From: Prasinococcaceae sp. CCMP 1430
Lineage: Eukaryota; Plantae; Prasinodermophyta
DNA length: 64,000 nucleotides
Reading direction: 5' to 3'
Assembly: GCA_013416795.1 (NCBI GenBank)
Contig: RQSC01000015.1
Location: forward strand, 617,218-681,217
Part shown: piece after piece, positions 41,851 to 52,895 of the stretch
Numbering within the stretch: position 1 is the first letter of the stretch
Layout: every line of letters starts with the position of its first letter
Program-made: the position numbers and the translations under genes
Notes under the pieces: model-generated
What the model saw: only the letters and a program-made list of their open reading frames with translations
What the model was told of the DNA's origin: nothing
Database searches by the model: none

Positions 41851-42308
41851 GGTTGCCCGTGCTGCAGGTGCACTACTTGCCCTTGCCCCCGCCCTTGCTG
41901 CTGCTGCTCCTGCTGCCGCTGTGGCTGTATCGGTGGTTGCATCGGTGGTTGTACTTGCTGGTTGTGGTGCGGCTGCTGGTGCGGCGGCGGTTGCGCGTAC
42001 AGCGGGGCTCCGAATGCGTTCCCGTACGGCTGGCCCTGCGGTGGGTACTGCGGCGCCTGCAGCGGCGCGAACCCGCCTGGCGGCGCACCCGCACCCGCGC
42101 CGGGGTAGCCCCCACCAGCGCCCGCGTGCGGCTGGCCGTGCGCCTGTGCGCCGATCGCCCCCAGCGGCTGCTGCTGCCCCTGGCCCGGGCCGCGCTCGAG
42201 GGGCGCCGCGCCGCGCGCTGTGTGGGCGGCGCCCTCGGTGAGCGAGCGAGCGCCCCGGCAAAGGACGCCGCGGCCCTGGCCTCCTGCAAAGAAAGCGAAG
42301 GCCCCCAT
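39696..42308 (-). CDS. URT1: Terminal uridylyltransferase (URT1/Cid1 type) with a long Gln/Pro/Gly-rich N-terminal IDR; 5' end uncertain
   Basis: HLFGSAANGFATKSFDLDLAL, ARIPVVKF, CDVCFDNMLAVANTKLLRDYA, VKHWAK.R, GTLSSYAYVL, LICIEDPF..SHDLGRVVD. A strong acceptor (TTTCTTTGCAG) near 42285 suggests an upstream exon. Confidence 0.85.
41805..41849 (-). repeat. (CAG)n encoding poly-Gln (~15) in the URT1 IDR
   Basis: Direct read. Confidence 0.85.
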
Positions 42309-42560
42309 CAGTTCGCATCTACAAAACGCGCGCGGTTGCGGCCTCTTGCCGCGATTTCCAAACTGCAGGTGAACTGGGGCGTCAGAAAACCGCACAACAA
42401 TCCCGCAGTTTTTTTCGTAAACGCTCTCGCGTGCGTGCTCGCTGCTCGTGTGTACCGTGCAGGACCTCATCGCGTGCGGCTCACACCTCGCCTTGCACGC
42501 GCGCACCGCGCTCGCCGCCTTGCAGACGCGCGAGCGCGGCCTCTACCCCCCGGCGCAGCG

Positions 42561-43526
42561 ATGGGAGATTCGGCGTACTCCTTCTCGCTCACGACGTTCA
42601 GGTGCGCGGCGAGGCCGCGCGGCGCGGCTGCGCGGCCGCGGGAAGGGATCTATCTCCGGGGCGCGCGTGCGACGCGCGCGCGCAGAGATCTATGCCGCGA
42701 GCGCGCCGAGGGGCAAAGCGCGGGGCGGCAGGGGAGAGGGGGGCGAGGGGCAGGGGCACCTTTGTGATACGGACGCTCTGTGCACGGGATGTGACCTTGC
42801 GCTGACCTCTTGCCGCGGCCTGCGTCGTGCCGCTCGCACGCGCCTTTTCTTGCGCGCAGCCCGAACGGCAAGCTCATTCAGATCGAGTACGCGCTGCAGG
42901 CGGTCGCTGCGGGCGCGACGTCGCTGGGCATCCGTGCGTCCAATGGCGTCGTGATCGCAACGGAGAAGAAGGTGCCGACGGTACTCGTGGATGAGTCGAC
43001 GGTGAGCAAAATCGCCATGGTGACGCCCCACACAGGCGTGGTGTACAGCGGCATGGGCCCGGACGCGCGCGTGCTCGTGCGGAAGTCGCGCAAGGTGGCC
43101 CAAGCATACTACCAACTGTACAAGGAGCACATCCCCGTGTCGCAGCTCGTGCGCGAGATCGCGGGCGTCATGCAGGAATTCACGCAGCGTGGTGGTGTGC
43201 GGCCCATGGGCGTGTCGCTGCTGGTGGCAGGGTACGACGCGCAGGGGCCGCAGCTGTACCAGGTGGACCCGTCGGGGTCGTACTTCGCGTGGAAGGCGAG
43301 CGCAATTGGCAAGAACATGATCAACTGCAAAACGTTCCTGGAAAAGCGCTACTCTGAGGACATTGAGCTGGAGGACGCCATTCACACGGCCATCCTCACG
43401 CTGAAGGAGGGGTTCGAGGGGGAGCTCAAGGGGGACAACGTAGAGATCGGCATCGTGGGGGAGGATGGCGAGTTCAAGGTGCTCTCTGTGAGCGAGGTGG
43501 ACGATTACCTGCAGGAGGTCGAGTAG
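42561..43526 (+). CDS. PSMA2: 20S proteasome subunit alpha-2; intron 42602-42859
   Basis: [99 protein letters not shown]. Confidence 0.97.
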
Positions 43527-43539
43527 CGCGCACCAAACT

Positions 43540-43544
43540 TGTAA
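43540..43544 (+). terminator. TGTAA polyadenylation signal after PSMA2; also 1045, 5773, 7244, 59916 on +, and 1192, 16115, 22545, 24936, 32055, 35375 on -
   Basis: TGTAA lies on the coding strand within roughly 15-190 nt after these stop codons. UGUAA is the known chlorophyte near-upstream element. Confidence 0.7.
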
Positions 43545-44051
43545 CATTGCGGCGGTATGGTGAAATTCTCGCAGGCGCTAGCACGGCGGCGCGAGCTTGG
43601 GCAAGGCGCGCGCGTGCGGGAGCCAGAGACGCCTTAAGACGTCGTCGCCCATGCCTTGCTCAGACATGGCGATTGCCGCTGCTGGAGCGCTGCAGGGCAC
43701 GGGCGGGGAGCATCGGCGCGTGCGGCTTGGGGCGCAGCAGCGACGCGCACGGATGGGCAAAGCTGTTGGTGCTCTTGCTGCGAGCGACGCGCCCCCGTCC
43801 TTGTCAAAAATGTGTGGCCCATGCTGGCACCGGCAGCTATTATCTCTGTTGTATGAATGTGTGTGTGCGTGTGTCGCGCAGCGCAGGGTCTTCTCCGTGT
43901 GCGGCTCGGCATAGCTTCAGACGCACCCGGGCCTCTGGCGAAGAGCGCAAGAAGCTGAGCTCCACCAGGTCCGGGCGGAGGACAACTCAGGGCACTTTCT
44001 GCGCTCCAGAATGCGCCATGCGTGCTATGCTCGCGCGCTACCCGCTCACTT

Positions 44052-44600
44052 GGAGGCGTCGGCCTCATCCGCGGCCGCGATGGATGCCTCCATGGACTTG
44101 TTGAGCGATTCCGGCGTAATGCGCCTGTTGACGGCGTGCGCGAACCGGGAGCGCGTGTACGTGCCGACAAACTCCAAGTCGCGCAGCATGGAGTCGTACC
44201 AGCGCGCCGGCGCATCCTCGTCGAAACCGTCATACACATTCTTCTCGCGGAGCTTGCGCTCGCGTTTCTTGTCGGCCGTCGCGCGAACGCTCTCGAGGTG
44301 CTCCCACGTGCGCTTGTCGATGTCCTCCATCGACTCCATATTGCCCACGATGTAGCTGCGGATGAACCTTTTGGGGGGTAGTTGTGTTTGTGATGGTATG
44401 GTGGCGGTGGTGGCCGCGGCCAGAGAGAAGCAGCGGTGAAGAGGCAGGCGGGCGGGCAGGGGTCCGTGTAGGGGAGAGGAGGGGAGGGGGATTAGGTTAG
44501 CACACAATCGCGATGGAGCGGGGAAGAGAGGGCACGGCGAGCCCCGTGAGCGCTGCGAGCGCCAGCGGGTCGCACACCACATGGCCTCAACCCTAAACGC
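44052..44600 (-). CDS. Hypothetical small protein; last exon ~44370-44052, upstream exon(s) unresolved
   Basis: Coding-like codon bias in FIRSYIVGNMESMEDIDKRTWEHLE...WYDSMLRDLEFVGTYTRSRFAHAVNRR. No family recognised. Confidence 0.5.
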
Positions 44601-45118
44601 GCGCGGCAGCGTCGCGCGCCGCCACCGCCAAGAGCGCCACCACGCATCGAGGCGGCAGCGCGCCGCGGCTCCAGAGCGCGGTGCGCGCGGCGCGACGGCG
44701 TTGCAGAGGGCACGTGCGCGCGCAAACGCACTCGAGCATGGCTGCCGCGCTGCCACGCGCCGGGGAGGAGGGGGGCGCCGCGCGCGCGCCGACTGGCCAC
44801 GGCCTCGGGGGCGCACCGTATGCACAAATCGACTGGGTGCGAATCCCCAGCAGTGGCGAGCACTGATTCGGCCAGCACTGCTGTTTTTGTTTCTCGTGTT
44901 TGGTTTTCTTTGGAGACGCATTTTGTGGGGTGGTCGATGATACTGTACATGTATTGTACACACAGAGCGCTCTCACAGCCAGGCGATGTCCGCCCCATCC
45001 ACTTGCCCTCCCGCTTGCCGCTCGCGCTGTCGCTCCACCCCTCGGCGCTGTGGCGTTTAGGGCGATCTCTGTACTAGCTACAGTGGCTCTACTCAGTCCT
45101 ACCATGCTGGTAGACTAC

Positions 45119-48100
45119 CTACCAGTTGAAGATGGCGCCGGCGGTCTTCTTTGGGCGCTCGTAGCCATAAGGGGGCACGCCCACGCCGTGGCGCTTCAGT
45201 GCGATGCGATATGAGATTGAATGCTCACCATTCTGGCTGACGACGTCGAGCTCGATCACGCTGTCGAAGCTTTCCACCGCGAGGGCGACGCTCGCGTTGA
45301 AGCCCTCGCGCGGCTCGTCCACCAGCTTGCGATTGGCGCGCAGCTGGGAGTGCTCGTTGGCGGGAGTGACCTCCAACTCGACGAAGTCCACAAGCGTCGA
45401 CACATGCAGCTCGTAGTCGAGCACGTGCTGTTGGAAATAGGGACGAAGCTCAAAGCGGTCCTGCGGCAGCAGGTCGTGCTTGTCGCCGAGCACGCGGCCG
45501 CGAACAAGGGCCACTGATGCGTCGGTAGGGTCGTCCGTCAGCGCCAGCGCCCGCCCGACGTTGATGGTGTACGTGGTCGAAAAGCCCCTGTCCTCCGCGA
45601 CGCACGTCACGCGCACCATCTGTGTCACTTCACCCCACGTGTTGCGCTCGAGCGCAACAGCATGCGCGCGCCCGTTCACCACAATCTCGCCGTTGACTTC
45701 GATCGAGGCGTGCCCCAGCGTGTCGTTGGCCTCGGCGCTCACAAGGAAGCCCAGCGCGTCGGGCGGCAGGGTCGCATTGTACACCCCATTGCCGGGGTCC
45801 AGCAAGTACTCGCCCTCCTCGCCCCCAACGAGGTCCGACTCGTCTACCTCCGTGCCGTTGATCTCGAAGACGCGGTACGGCTGCGGGCTCAGCCGCACAT
45901 CGGTCAGGAGATTCACAACACGCAGGTCCTTGAGCGTCGAGTCTCGACTTGGGCCGATGCGAAACACATCGATCGTGTACAAGAGCTGCGTGTTGCCGTC
46001 CATGGCGGTCACCTCGACCTTAATAGCTGTGCTTTCGCCGGCCACAAGCTCCAGCGGCGGCGACGCACTCCCACTTGTGAGTGCGTGTTCCTTGTCCCGG
46101 TAGCGCACCAACATGCCCTTGTGCCCCGTGCTGTTGGCAGTCGCAATCAGCGCGACCGAGGAGGAGTCGAGTCCCACGGTCGCTGTGTACTCGAAGCGGT
46201 CGGCCCGGAAGTCCTGGTCGATGACCTCACTCCGCAGTGCCAACGCGGACAGCTCCGCGTCGGTCTCGCCTGCGCGGATGATGGTCACAGTATATGTGAC
46301 ATCTGACTCGCCTGGGAACACATCGTCGGACACGGTGATAGAGAAGACGTTGCCGAAGTAGTCCAGCGGTAACGCCGGCGAGAGCTTGCCGTCGGCAAGG
46401 CTGAATGTGAGGGACGCATTCGCGCCGTCGTCGTCCGCGCTCGGAAGCTTCTGCACCTCGGCGGTCTGGAAGCCAGGATCGGTGAAAGAGAGCGCTATGC
46501 GGGCCTCGACCGTGTGCTCGTCGAAGTATACGCGATACTGGGGGTAAACCTCGCTCCACGCGTCTGGATCCATGTTCAGCACGTACGAGTCACCGCCGTC
46601 GAGATCAGTCTGGTTGACGACGTCGTGCATGGCGGTGGTATACCCAAAGATGTCCGCGTCGACGACGCCGGGCATGATGTATACCACCTCCGCCACGACA
46701 GCCTCAACCGGCAAGGGAGCGATGCCGGCATCCGCGAAAAACTCGTTGTCAGCGAACGCCTCGACGCCGGCATCGCCCGACAGTTTCGGCAGCAAGGCCA
46801 CTGCAGCCTCCTCGCTCTGCGCGCGGATGGCGTATACAACTTCAACGCTGCCCGGTACAATGTCGGTGATAACAACCGTGTCCACGGGCACGCCGAGTCC
46901 CTCGGCAACGACGGTGCGGGCATTGTCGACGAAGCCCGTATAAAACTCCGACTCGTCGTCCTCGAACAAGGTCACATCGAGGTCTGGGAAAGTTGAGGTG
47001 AGGGTTACGACCTGCACATTCTCTGGGGGATCGAACGTCGGCTTCGCCCGTACGATGGTGCGCAGCGTTGCGGTGACGGTCGAGATGAGGAGCTCCGACG
47101 CTCGCATGGGCTCCTCTGCGCTGCGCTCTGCGCTGCGTGCCTCGACCGTACCCGGCTCGAGTATCACAAAGTTGATTCGGAAGTCTCGAGCGTCGTCGGA
47201 AGGTGAAATCACGCGGAAGGCAAATGGCGACCGGTCCACGAAAAATCGCACGCCGTCGATCATCACGTCGGCGCGCTCGGCAGGCAGGTCTTGCAGGTCG
47301 AGCACATAGGTCCATTCGTCAACGAATGCGCCGACGTTGCTGATCACGTGGACCTGAGATGCGTTGTTGGAGGGCGCCATCGTCACTTCCACCGGCATGA
47401 AAGGATTGGCGGTTGTGGGGTCGCCCCCAGTGAGCCACCATGGCGTGGGGCGGCCCTCGCCGAGGATGGCGAGCGTGTAATCAGTGACCTCGTCGTCGCC
47501 AGGCACGAAAGCGGGCGAGAGCGAGCTGACAGGGCGGCAGAGGGACGCATCCACGAGCTGCGCCGCGCCGGCGTTGGCAGGCAATTCGGTGCCGGCCGCG
47601 CCGTCGTCGGGCATGCCGCTGGGGGGGGAGGTCCTGTCCGCCGGAGCAAGTTCATGGGTGGGCGAGCGCGTCGCCCACCTGCTTCGCGCGGCCTCGGCAG
47701 CGGCTCGCGAGCGTCTCTCCCAGGCGATGCGGCGCACCTGCTCCGAGGCGGTGCTGCAATGCGTGCCGTCATCGAGCTCCCACTCGACCGACAGCGCGAA
47801 CAGCGTGTTGTCATCCTCCGCTACTGGCTCGCTCGCACGGACGACCGTGATAGTGTAGGTCATGGAGCTGACCCGGTCCTCGGCAATGACGTGGAGCTCA
47901 ATGGTGCTCGTACCGACGGGGGCGTCGATTGTGCCGCTCAGCGAGTTGCTCTGCTGGGGCGCGCCGTTGATGCTGAGATGTGAGTAATACGACTGGTTGG
48001 CCATCGGTGTGACCTGTAGGCTGACTTGCCACCACTCCAGCGCGAGAGAATACGAAACGGCTGACGGCGAGAACGCAGGCTCGAGTTCGCCCGCCGTGAC

Positions 48101-49939
48101 GGTGACATTTCGCAGCGTCGCGTCAGTGTCCAGCGCTAGCCGTGTCACTGTGACAACGTACACTAGGGTCGTCTCGCCATCCTCGGCCGTGACCTCCACG
48201 GCGAACTGATTCTCGCCCACGTCGAGAGAGATTCGATCGCTCTGTTCGCCTTCGACTACTTGGTCCAGATGGTCAAGACTTCGTATCGTCTGCCTGCCAG
48301 CGGCGTCTCCAGCCAGCGAACCAGTGGCGCGGAAGTGCACGCCGAGCACGCGCGCGCGCGCGGTCGCGGTATACTCGCGTATCGTCGGCGAGAAGTCCGG
48401 CTCGAGCTTGAGTACCCTGCCGTCATCCTCGGTGGCCACCTCCAGCGATGAAAGGGTGGCATCCTCGGAGGGCCCCAAGCGCACGACGACGAGCGCGTAT
48501 GTGCGCGGGTATCGAGTGTCTTGCGGCGTGACGATCACGTCGATGTCCGTTTCGCCGACTTCGACAGGCAGGACGATCTGTTCGCCGGAGCTGGCTCGCC
48601 GGCCCATTATGGTGATGCCCTCGAGCAGCTCTGAGTTTGCGGTCGCGGAAAGCATCACGTACGCATTATCAAACACCGTGGTGACGTTGTACTCGAACGT
48701 ATCTGCGTCGAAGGCAGGCGACAGTGAGTGGCCGAACACATTCAGTGCGGATAAGCTCGCGTCATCCGACGCAGCCGCGCGGATGATGTCAATCACGTAG
48801 CTCATCTCTGTGCGCGCGTCCTGCGCGATGACGCGCACTGTGACTGTCGTCGTGGCGCCTGGGGCGAGCTGGACGGTATGTGAGCGCTCGCCTGACCGCG
48901 ATAAGACTGCCTGGACGTACATCGCCTGATGGTTGGGATCCTCCACCCATGGTCGCACCTGGATGCTCTCCATCTCGTAGGGCACACTCGCATCGTAGTG
49001 ATGCACACTGGGGTCGAAGGCGGCGGGGGTGAGGGCAACGCTCGGAATGCGCATGTCGGAGAGTCGGGCGTTGCTGGAGAGTGGCCGCATCAGACGCAGC
49101 GTGTACGTTCTCTCGGTGATGCTGTCCTCGGCCATCACGCGCACTCCGAGCAGATTCTCTCCGAAGCCGATGTGCAGTGAAACGGCGCCCCCCACGTCCA
49201 CGCTGTTGTCGGCGAGGCCGATGAGCGCCTCCGAAGCACCCTCGACGGACAGCCGCAGGACGTTGCGGCTGCGAGCGATGGCCGAGACTAGCACGCTCGC
49301 CGCAGTGCTGTTGACCGCCACCTGGTATTCTAGCGTGCTAGGTGCGAGCGGTGGGTTCAAGGCCGCTGCGGCGCCAGCTTCTCCTGACTCGTCGATTGGC
49401 TGCACGGTCAGCATCCCGAGAGCGGCGTCGGCGGACGGTGCGCTCGCCATGACGACCTCGACCGAAGCGACCGCGCTCTGTGCGTCCGCATCGTCGTCAT
49501 CGATCACGCACGCGTGAATGGCATACGTCTCACCCGCAAAAACGCCCGGGGCTGCCGGCCATGGTGGTGGGCGCACCATGGTGGTGGTGTCCGTCCCGTT
49601 CACTGCAGCGACAGAACCGGATGCGCGCACGACGATGCGCGCGCCGCCAGCACCCGTGCCGGCGACGACCTCGGCGCAGGACGGTGCCGCAGCCGAAGCA
49701 ACGAGGAGGACGTAGCGCAACGTGGCCGAATCGGCGTCGGCCAGCCCTATCTCCGCGGCCAGCGCGAACGACATCGCGCCCACGTCGCTCGTCTCCGGCG
49801 CCCTCACAAAATATGGCACAACCGACTGCGCTGCCGCCGGCGTCGTGAGCACCAGCGTGAGACCGAGCGTGAGCGCAGCAGCGATTGCGGCCCCGACCGC
49901 AGCACGCACGCGCTCGCGCGCACCGCTTCGTGCAGCCAT
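45119..49939 (-). CDS. Large secreted protein (~1600 aa) with ~10 cadherin-like beta-sandwich repeats, single exon
   Basis: Hydrophobic N-terminus AVGAAIAAALTLGLTLVLTTPAAAQS. Repeats follow S.DA.LS.L.V....L.P.F.P....Y...V....G.N.+.V.VTAEDG....Y.+.V.R, the PF12733-type consensus. Confidence 0.85.
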   Translation of the reverse strand: MAARSGARERVRAAVGAAIAAALTLGLTLVLTTPAAAQSVVPYFVRAPETSDVGAMSFALAAEIGLADADSATLRYVLLVASAAAPSCAEVVAGTGAGGARIVVRASGSVAAVNGTDTTTMVRPPPWPAAPGVFAGETYAIHACVIDDDDADAQSAVASVEVVMASAPSADAALGMLTVQPIDESGEAGAAAALNPPLAPSTLEYQVAVNSTAASVLVSAIARSRNVLRLSVEGASEALIGLADNSVDVGGAVSLHIGFGENLLGVRVMAEDSITERTYTLRLMRPLSSNARLSDMRIPSVALTPAAFDPSVHHYDASVPYEMESIQVRPWVEDPNHQAMYVQAVLSRSGERSHTVQLAPGATTTVTVRVIAQDARTEMSYVIDIIRAAASDDASLSALNVFGHSLSPAFDADTFEYNVTTVFDNAYVMLSATANSELLEGITIMGRRASSGEQIVLPVEVGETDIDVIVTPQDTRYPRTYALVVVRLGPSEDATLSSLEVATEDDGRVLKLEPDFSPTIREYTATARARVLGVHFRATGSLAGDAAGRQTIRSLDHLDQVVEGEQSDRISLDVGENQFAVEVTAEDGETTLVYVVTVTRLALDTDATLRNVTVTAGELEPAFSPSAVSYSLALEWWQVSLQVTPMANQSYYSHLSINGAPQQSNSLSGTIDAPVGTSTIELHVIAEDRVSSMTYTITVVRASEPVAEDDNTLFALSVEWELDDGTHCSTASEQVRRIAWERRSRAAAEAARSRWATRSPTHELAPADRTSPPSGMPDDGAAGTELPANAGAAQLVDASLCRPVSSLSPAFVPGDDEVTDYTLAILGEGRPTPWWLTGGDPTTANPFMPVEVTMAPSNNASQVHVISNVGAFVDEWTYVLDLQDLPAERADVMIDGVRFFVDRSPFAFRVISPSDDARDFRINFVILEPGTVEARSAERSAEEPMRASELLISTVTATLRTIVRAKPTFDPPENVQVVTLTSTFPDLDVTLFEDDESEFYTGFVDNARTVVAEGLGVPVDTVVITDIVPGSVEVVYAIRAQSEEAAVALLPKLSGDAGVEAFADNEFFADAGIAPLPVEAVVAEVVYIMPGVVDADIFGYTTAMHDVVNQTDLDGGDSYVLNMDPDAWSEVYPQYRVYFDEHTVEARIALSFTDPGFQTAEVQKLPSADDDGANASLTFSLADGKLSPALPLDYFGNVFSITVSDDVFPGESDVTYTVTIIRAGETDAELSALALRSEVIDQDFRADRFEYTATVGLDSSSVALIATANSTGHKGMLVRYRDKEHALTSGSASPPLELVAGESTAIKVEVTAMDGNTQLLYTIDVFRIGPSRDSTLKDLRVVNLLTDVRLSPQPYRVFEINGTEVDESDLVGGEEGEYLLDPGNGVYNATLPPDALGFLVSAEANDTLGHASIEVNGEIVVNGRAHAVALERNTWGEVTQMVRVTCVAEDRGFSTTYTINVGRALALTDDPTDASVALVRGRVLGDKHDLLPQDRFELRPYFQQHVLDYELHVSTLVDFVELEVTPANEHSQLRANRKLVDEPREGFNASVALAVESFDSVIELDVVSQNGEHSISYRIALKRHGVGVPPYGYERPKKTAGAIFNW

Positions 49940-50354
49940 CCTTGCGGGCGGTGCGCGCGCACAGCCGTCACCTCCGCTCCATCCTCGCCCGCCGCTCCGC
50001 CCCCTCCTCGCGCCTGCGCGCCGTCCACAACGGCCGCCGAGAGGGACGTCGCCCTCGCCGCTGGCCCTTCGCGTGGCCGCTCGCCTCCTCCCCCCCTCTT
50101 CCCCTCGAACCGCCTCGACGCTCACCGTTAGTTGCCCACCCTCCGGGGGGCGGGCCGACAGTGCCCACCCTCACCGCCAGTGGTGGGCCCCCCGCGGGGG
50201 TGCGCAAGCAGGGCGGGCGCGCCGACAGCGCGCGCGCGCGCTGTGGGGCGCTCCCCTTCACACTGATGGTGAACGTACAACCGTTCGCGCAGGGATGTGC
50301 GAGCGCAAAGTTTGCCTCAAGTGATTGGCCCGGCCGTGGCGAGTTCGAACCGTT

Positions 50355-52514
50355 TCATTTCTTTCTCATCACTTTGGCTAGGAGGCGAGCGCGCGCGCCG
50401 CCGCCGACGAGCGGCGGCGGCGGCCCGCGGGGCGGGGCGGATGGCCGCGCGCGCTTGCGTGGCGCCGCGGACTGCCCCTCAAGCGCTTGGTACCTCGCCA
50501 GCACGTCGAAGACATCGCCCGATCCCCCCGGGGCGCCGCCGGGAGGGCCGCCGGTGGGCCCCGTGCCGTCGTCCAGAGCACTCTCGGCAACCCATTCCTC
50601 GGCGAGCTCGTCGATGTCCGTCGACAGGTGGTTCTCGTACACGTCATCGTCGCTGTGCACGATGAGATCCCCCATGCCGGCACGCTTTCGGCCTGCGGCC
50701 CGCGCGTGCAAGAACTGAGAGTGGGGGGTCGCATACGCGCGACGCCTGCCCTCGGCGGCGGCGGCGCACTGTGCGTCGATTGCGAGCTGTGCCTTGACCT
50801 TGCCTCCAGGGCCACACACGTCGCAGCATAGTGCGCCGGTCGGCCCGCCTTCGGACGCGCCTGCCAGCTTGCAATCACCAAAGTGCGCGAGGATGGCGGC
50901 CCGGCGGCACACGGCTTTCTGCGCGATTGCAAGCGCCTCTCTGACACGCAGAGTCTCCGGTCCGTCCTCTCCGTCGGCTGCTCCGTCCTTACCATTGGCT
51001 CGTCTCTTGCGCTTCCTGTCTTCCTTTGCAGCAAGGAAGAGCAGCCTGCTTGCATCCGATGCTCCGAAATAGCCCACCCAACGCGATCGCTTGCCATCGC
51101 GGCCCGCGCGCCCAGCCTCCTGGTACAGCCTCTCCACACTCGACGGCCAATCCAAATGGCAGACCAATCGCACCGTCTTGTCGATGCCCATCCCGAAGGC
51201 GACCGTCGATGCCATTGCTCCCCCGTTCTGAGACCAGCTCGTCTGCGCGCGCTCTCTGTCCGCAGGTCGCATGCCTGCATGGTAGTACGCACACGGCACT
51301 CCAGCGGCGGTGAGGGCACGCGCAGCCGCCTCGCACCCAGCACGCGTCGCGCAGTAGAGCAACGCCGCCCCGCCAGGCTCACCGTCGAGGGCTTCGCGCA
51401 CCAGTGGTGCCGCGTCGTGCGCTGCGGAAGCAGCCGCGAGCGAGGAGTCGGCTGCTGTGCTGCGACTGCCTGCCTTGTAGCGCACGGACAGGGTGAGCTC
51501 TGGACGATCGAAGGGCGACCTGTGCACAGCCACATCCGACTCCATGCACAGCGCATCCTTGATGCCCTCGACTACTCGCGGTGTCGCGGTTGCAGTCAGC
51601 GCGAGGAAGGGCACGGCGTTGCCGCCACCTGCACCGCGCAGAGCTGTCCTAAGCGAAGAGCGCAGCACCCCACCGCAGCGCGCATACGCCGGTCTAAAGT
51701 CATGGCCCCACTCGACGCAGCAGTGAGCTTCGTCGAATGCGACGAGCCCGAGAGCGCCCCTCCCTGCAACGTCGCGCGCGCACCGCAGCGCCGGAGAGCC
51801 CGGAACCAACAGGCCCTCGGGCGTCACCAGCAAGACGTCGAGCTCGCCCGCGCATGCGGCCTCGAGCGCCAGACTAGATTCGGCGCGCGTCGCCGCCGAG
51901 TGCACTGCCGCTGCACGGAGGCCTCGCTGGCGCCATCCCTCGGCCTGGTCGTCCATCAGCGCCACCAGAGGTGATACGACGAGGGCCAGCTTTCGCGCGG
52001 CGAGCGCTGGTACGGCGTACACATTTGATTTGCCAGCGCCGGTTGCCATGAGTGCAACCGCATCGTTGCCGCATAGGACGTCCACGATTGCGGCTTGCTG
52101 ACAGCCGCGGAAGTCGCAGTGGCCGAGCCGCTCGCGCAGTGTCGCTAACGCCGCTGCGGCAGCCCCCGCGCGCCGCGCGGCGAGGAGGCCGCCCGCTGGC
52201 GTGGAGCCAGTGTTGCCGTTCTCTTGCAAGAACTCGGTCTGCCAGCGCTTGCGGAGCGAGACAGCCGCATCGGTCAGAGCGAGCGAGCGAGCGCGCGCCG
52301 CTTCGTCCTGCTGCTGCTGGTCTGCGCGTTGCCTCTTGATGAGCCCCTTGAGCGCCTTGCCCGCGCCACTCGCGGCGAGCGTCGCGTTGCCAAGCGGCTC
52401 GTGCGCGAGCAGCAGCGGGAGCAGCGGCATCGCCGATCCGTCCGCGTCAGCGGCGGCGACGGCCGCGGCCACCGCCGCCGCGCCGTCATCGACGGCGGCC
52501 ATCGTGGCTCCCAT
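50355..52514 (-). CDS. RecQ-family DNA helicase (core plus RQC zinc domain), single exon
   Basis: QQAAI..V..G.D..ALMATGAGKS, VVSPLVALMDDQ, DEAHC..EWGHDFRPAY, ALTATAT, YYHAG, STVAFGMGIDK, YQEAGRAGRDG, CRR..ILAHFG...CCDVC. Confidence 0.93.
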   Translation of the reverse strand: MGATMAAVDDGAAAVAAAVAAADADGSAMPLLPLLLAHEPLGNATLAASGAGKALKGLIKRQRADQQQQDEAARARSLALTDAAVSLRKRWQTEFLQENGNTGSTPAGGLLAARRAGAAAAALATLRERLGHCDFRGCQQAAIVDVLCGNDAVALMATGAGKSNVYAVPALAARKLALVVSPLVALMDDQAEGWRQRGLRAAAVHSAATRAESSLALEAACAGELDVLLVTPEGLLVPGSPALRCARDVAGRGALGLVAFDEAHCCVEWGHDFRPAYARCGGVLRSSLRTALRGAGGGNAVPFLALTATATPRVVEGIKDALCMESDVAVHRSPFDRPELTLSVRYKAGSRSTAADSSLAAASAAHDAAPLVREALDGEPGGAALLYCATRAGCEAAARALTAAGVPCAYYHAGMRPADRERAQTSWSQNGGAMASTVAFGMGIDKTVRLVCHLDWPSSVERLYQEAGRAGRDGKRSRWVGYFGASDASRLLFLAAKEDRKRKRRANGKDGAADGEDGPETLRVREALAIAQKAVCRRAAILAHFGDCKLAGASEGGPTGALCCDVCGPGGKVKAQLAIDAQCAAAAEGRRRAYATPHSQFLHARAAGRKRAGMGDLIVHSDDDVYENHLSTDIDELAEEWVAESALDDGTGPTGGPPGGAPGGSGDVFDVLARYQALEGQSAAPRKRARPSAPPRGPPPPLVGGGARARLLAKVMRKK

Positions 52515-52895
52515 GCCAATGAGGCGCGCCGCGCCGACGGCGCGCGCCGTGTGACGCGAGCTCCGCGCGGCGCCACGTCACGCAGCCCACTCCGGCGACA
52601 CCTCTTTTTGCGAACGGTTGGTCAGAACGTGCAATGGAGCTGCAGAAGTCTGAACGGACGCGCGCGCGCGTGCGTGACCGCGCACTTACGGGCTGCGTGT
52701 CTTGTCGCGCCGGTAGACGCCCCCTTCGTGGGCGCGCACGTCGCCGTTGGAGGACCGGTCGGGGGGGCGGCAGAGAGGTGGGACGGGCAGGGGGGGATGG
52801 GGGGGCGCAGACGTGCTGCAGTGCGCAGAAACGCTCAGTGAGAGCACTAGGGAAAAGAAGAACTACGAACTTACTGCTACTAGTTAGTCTACAGT

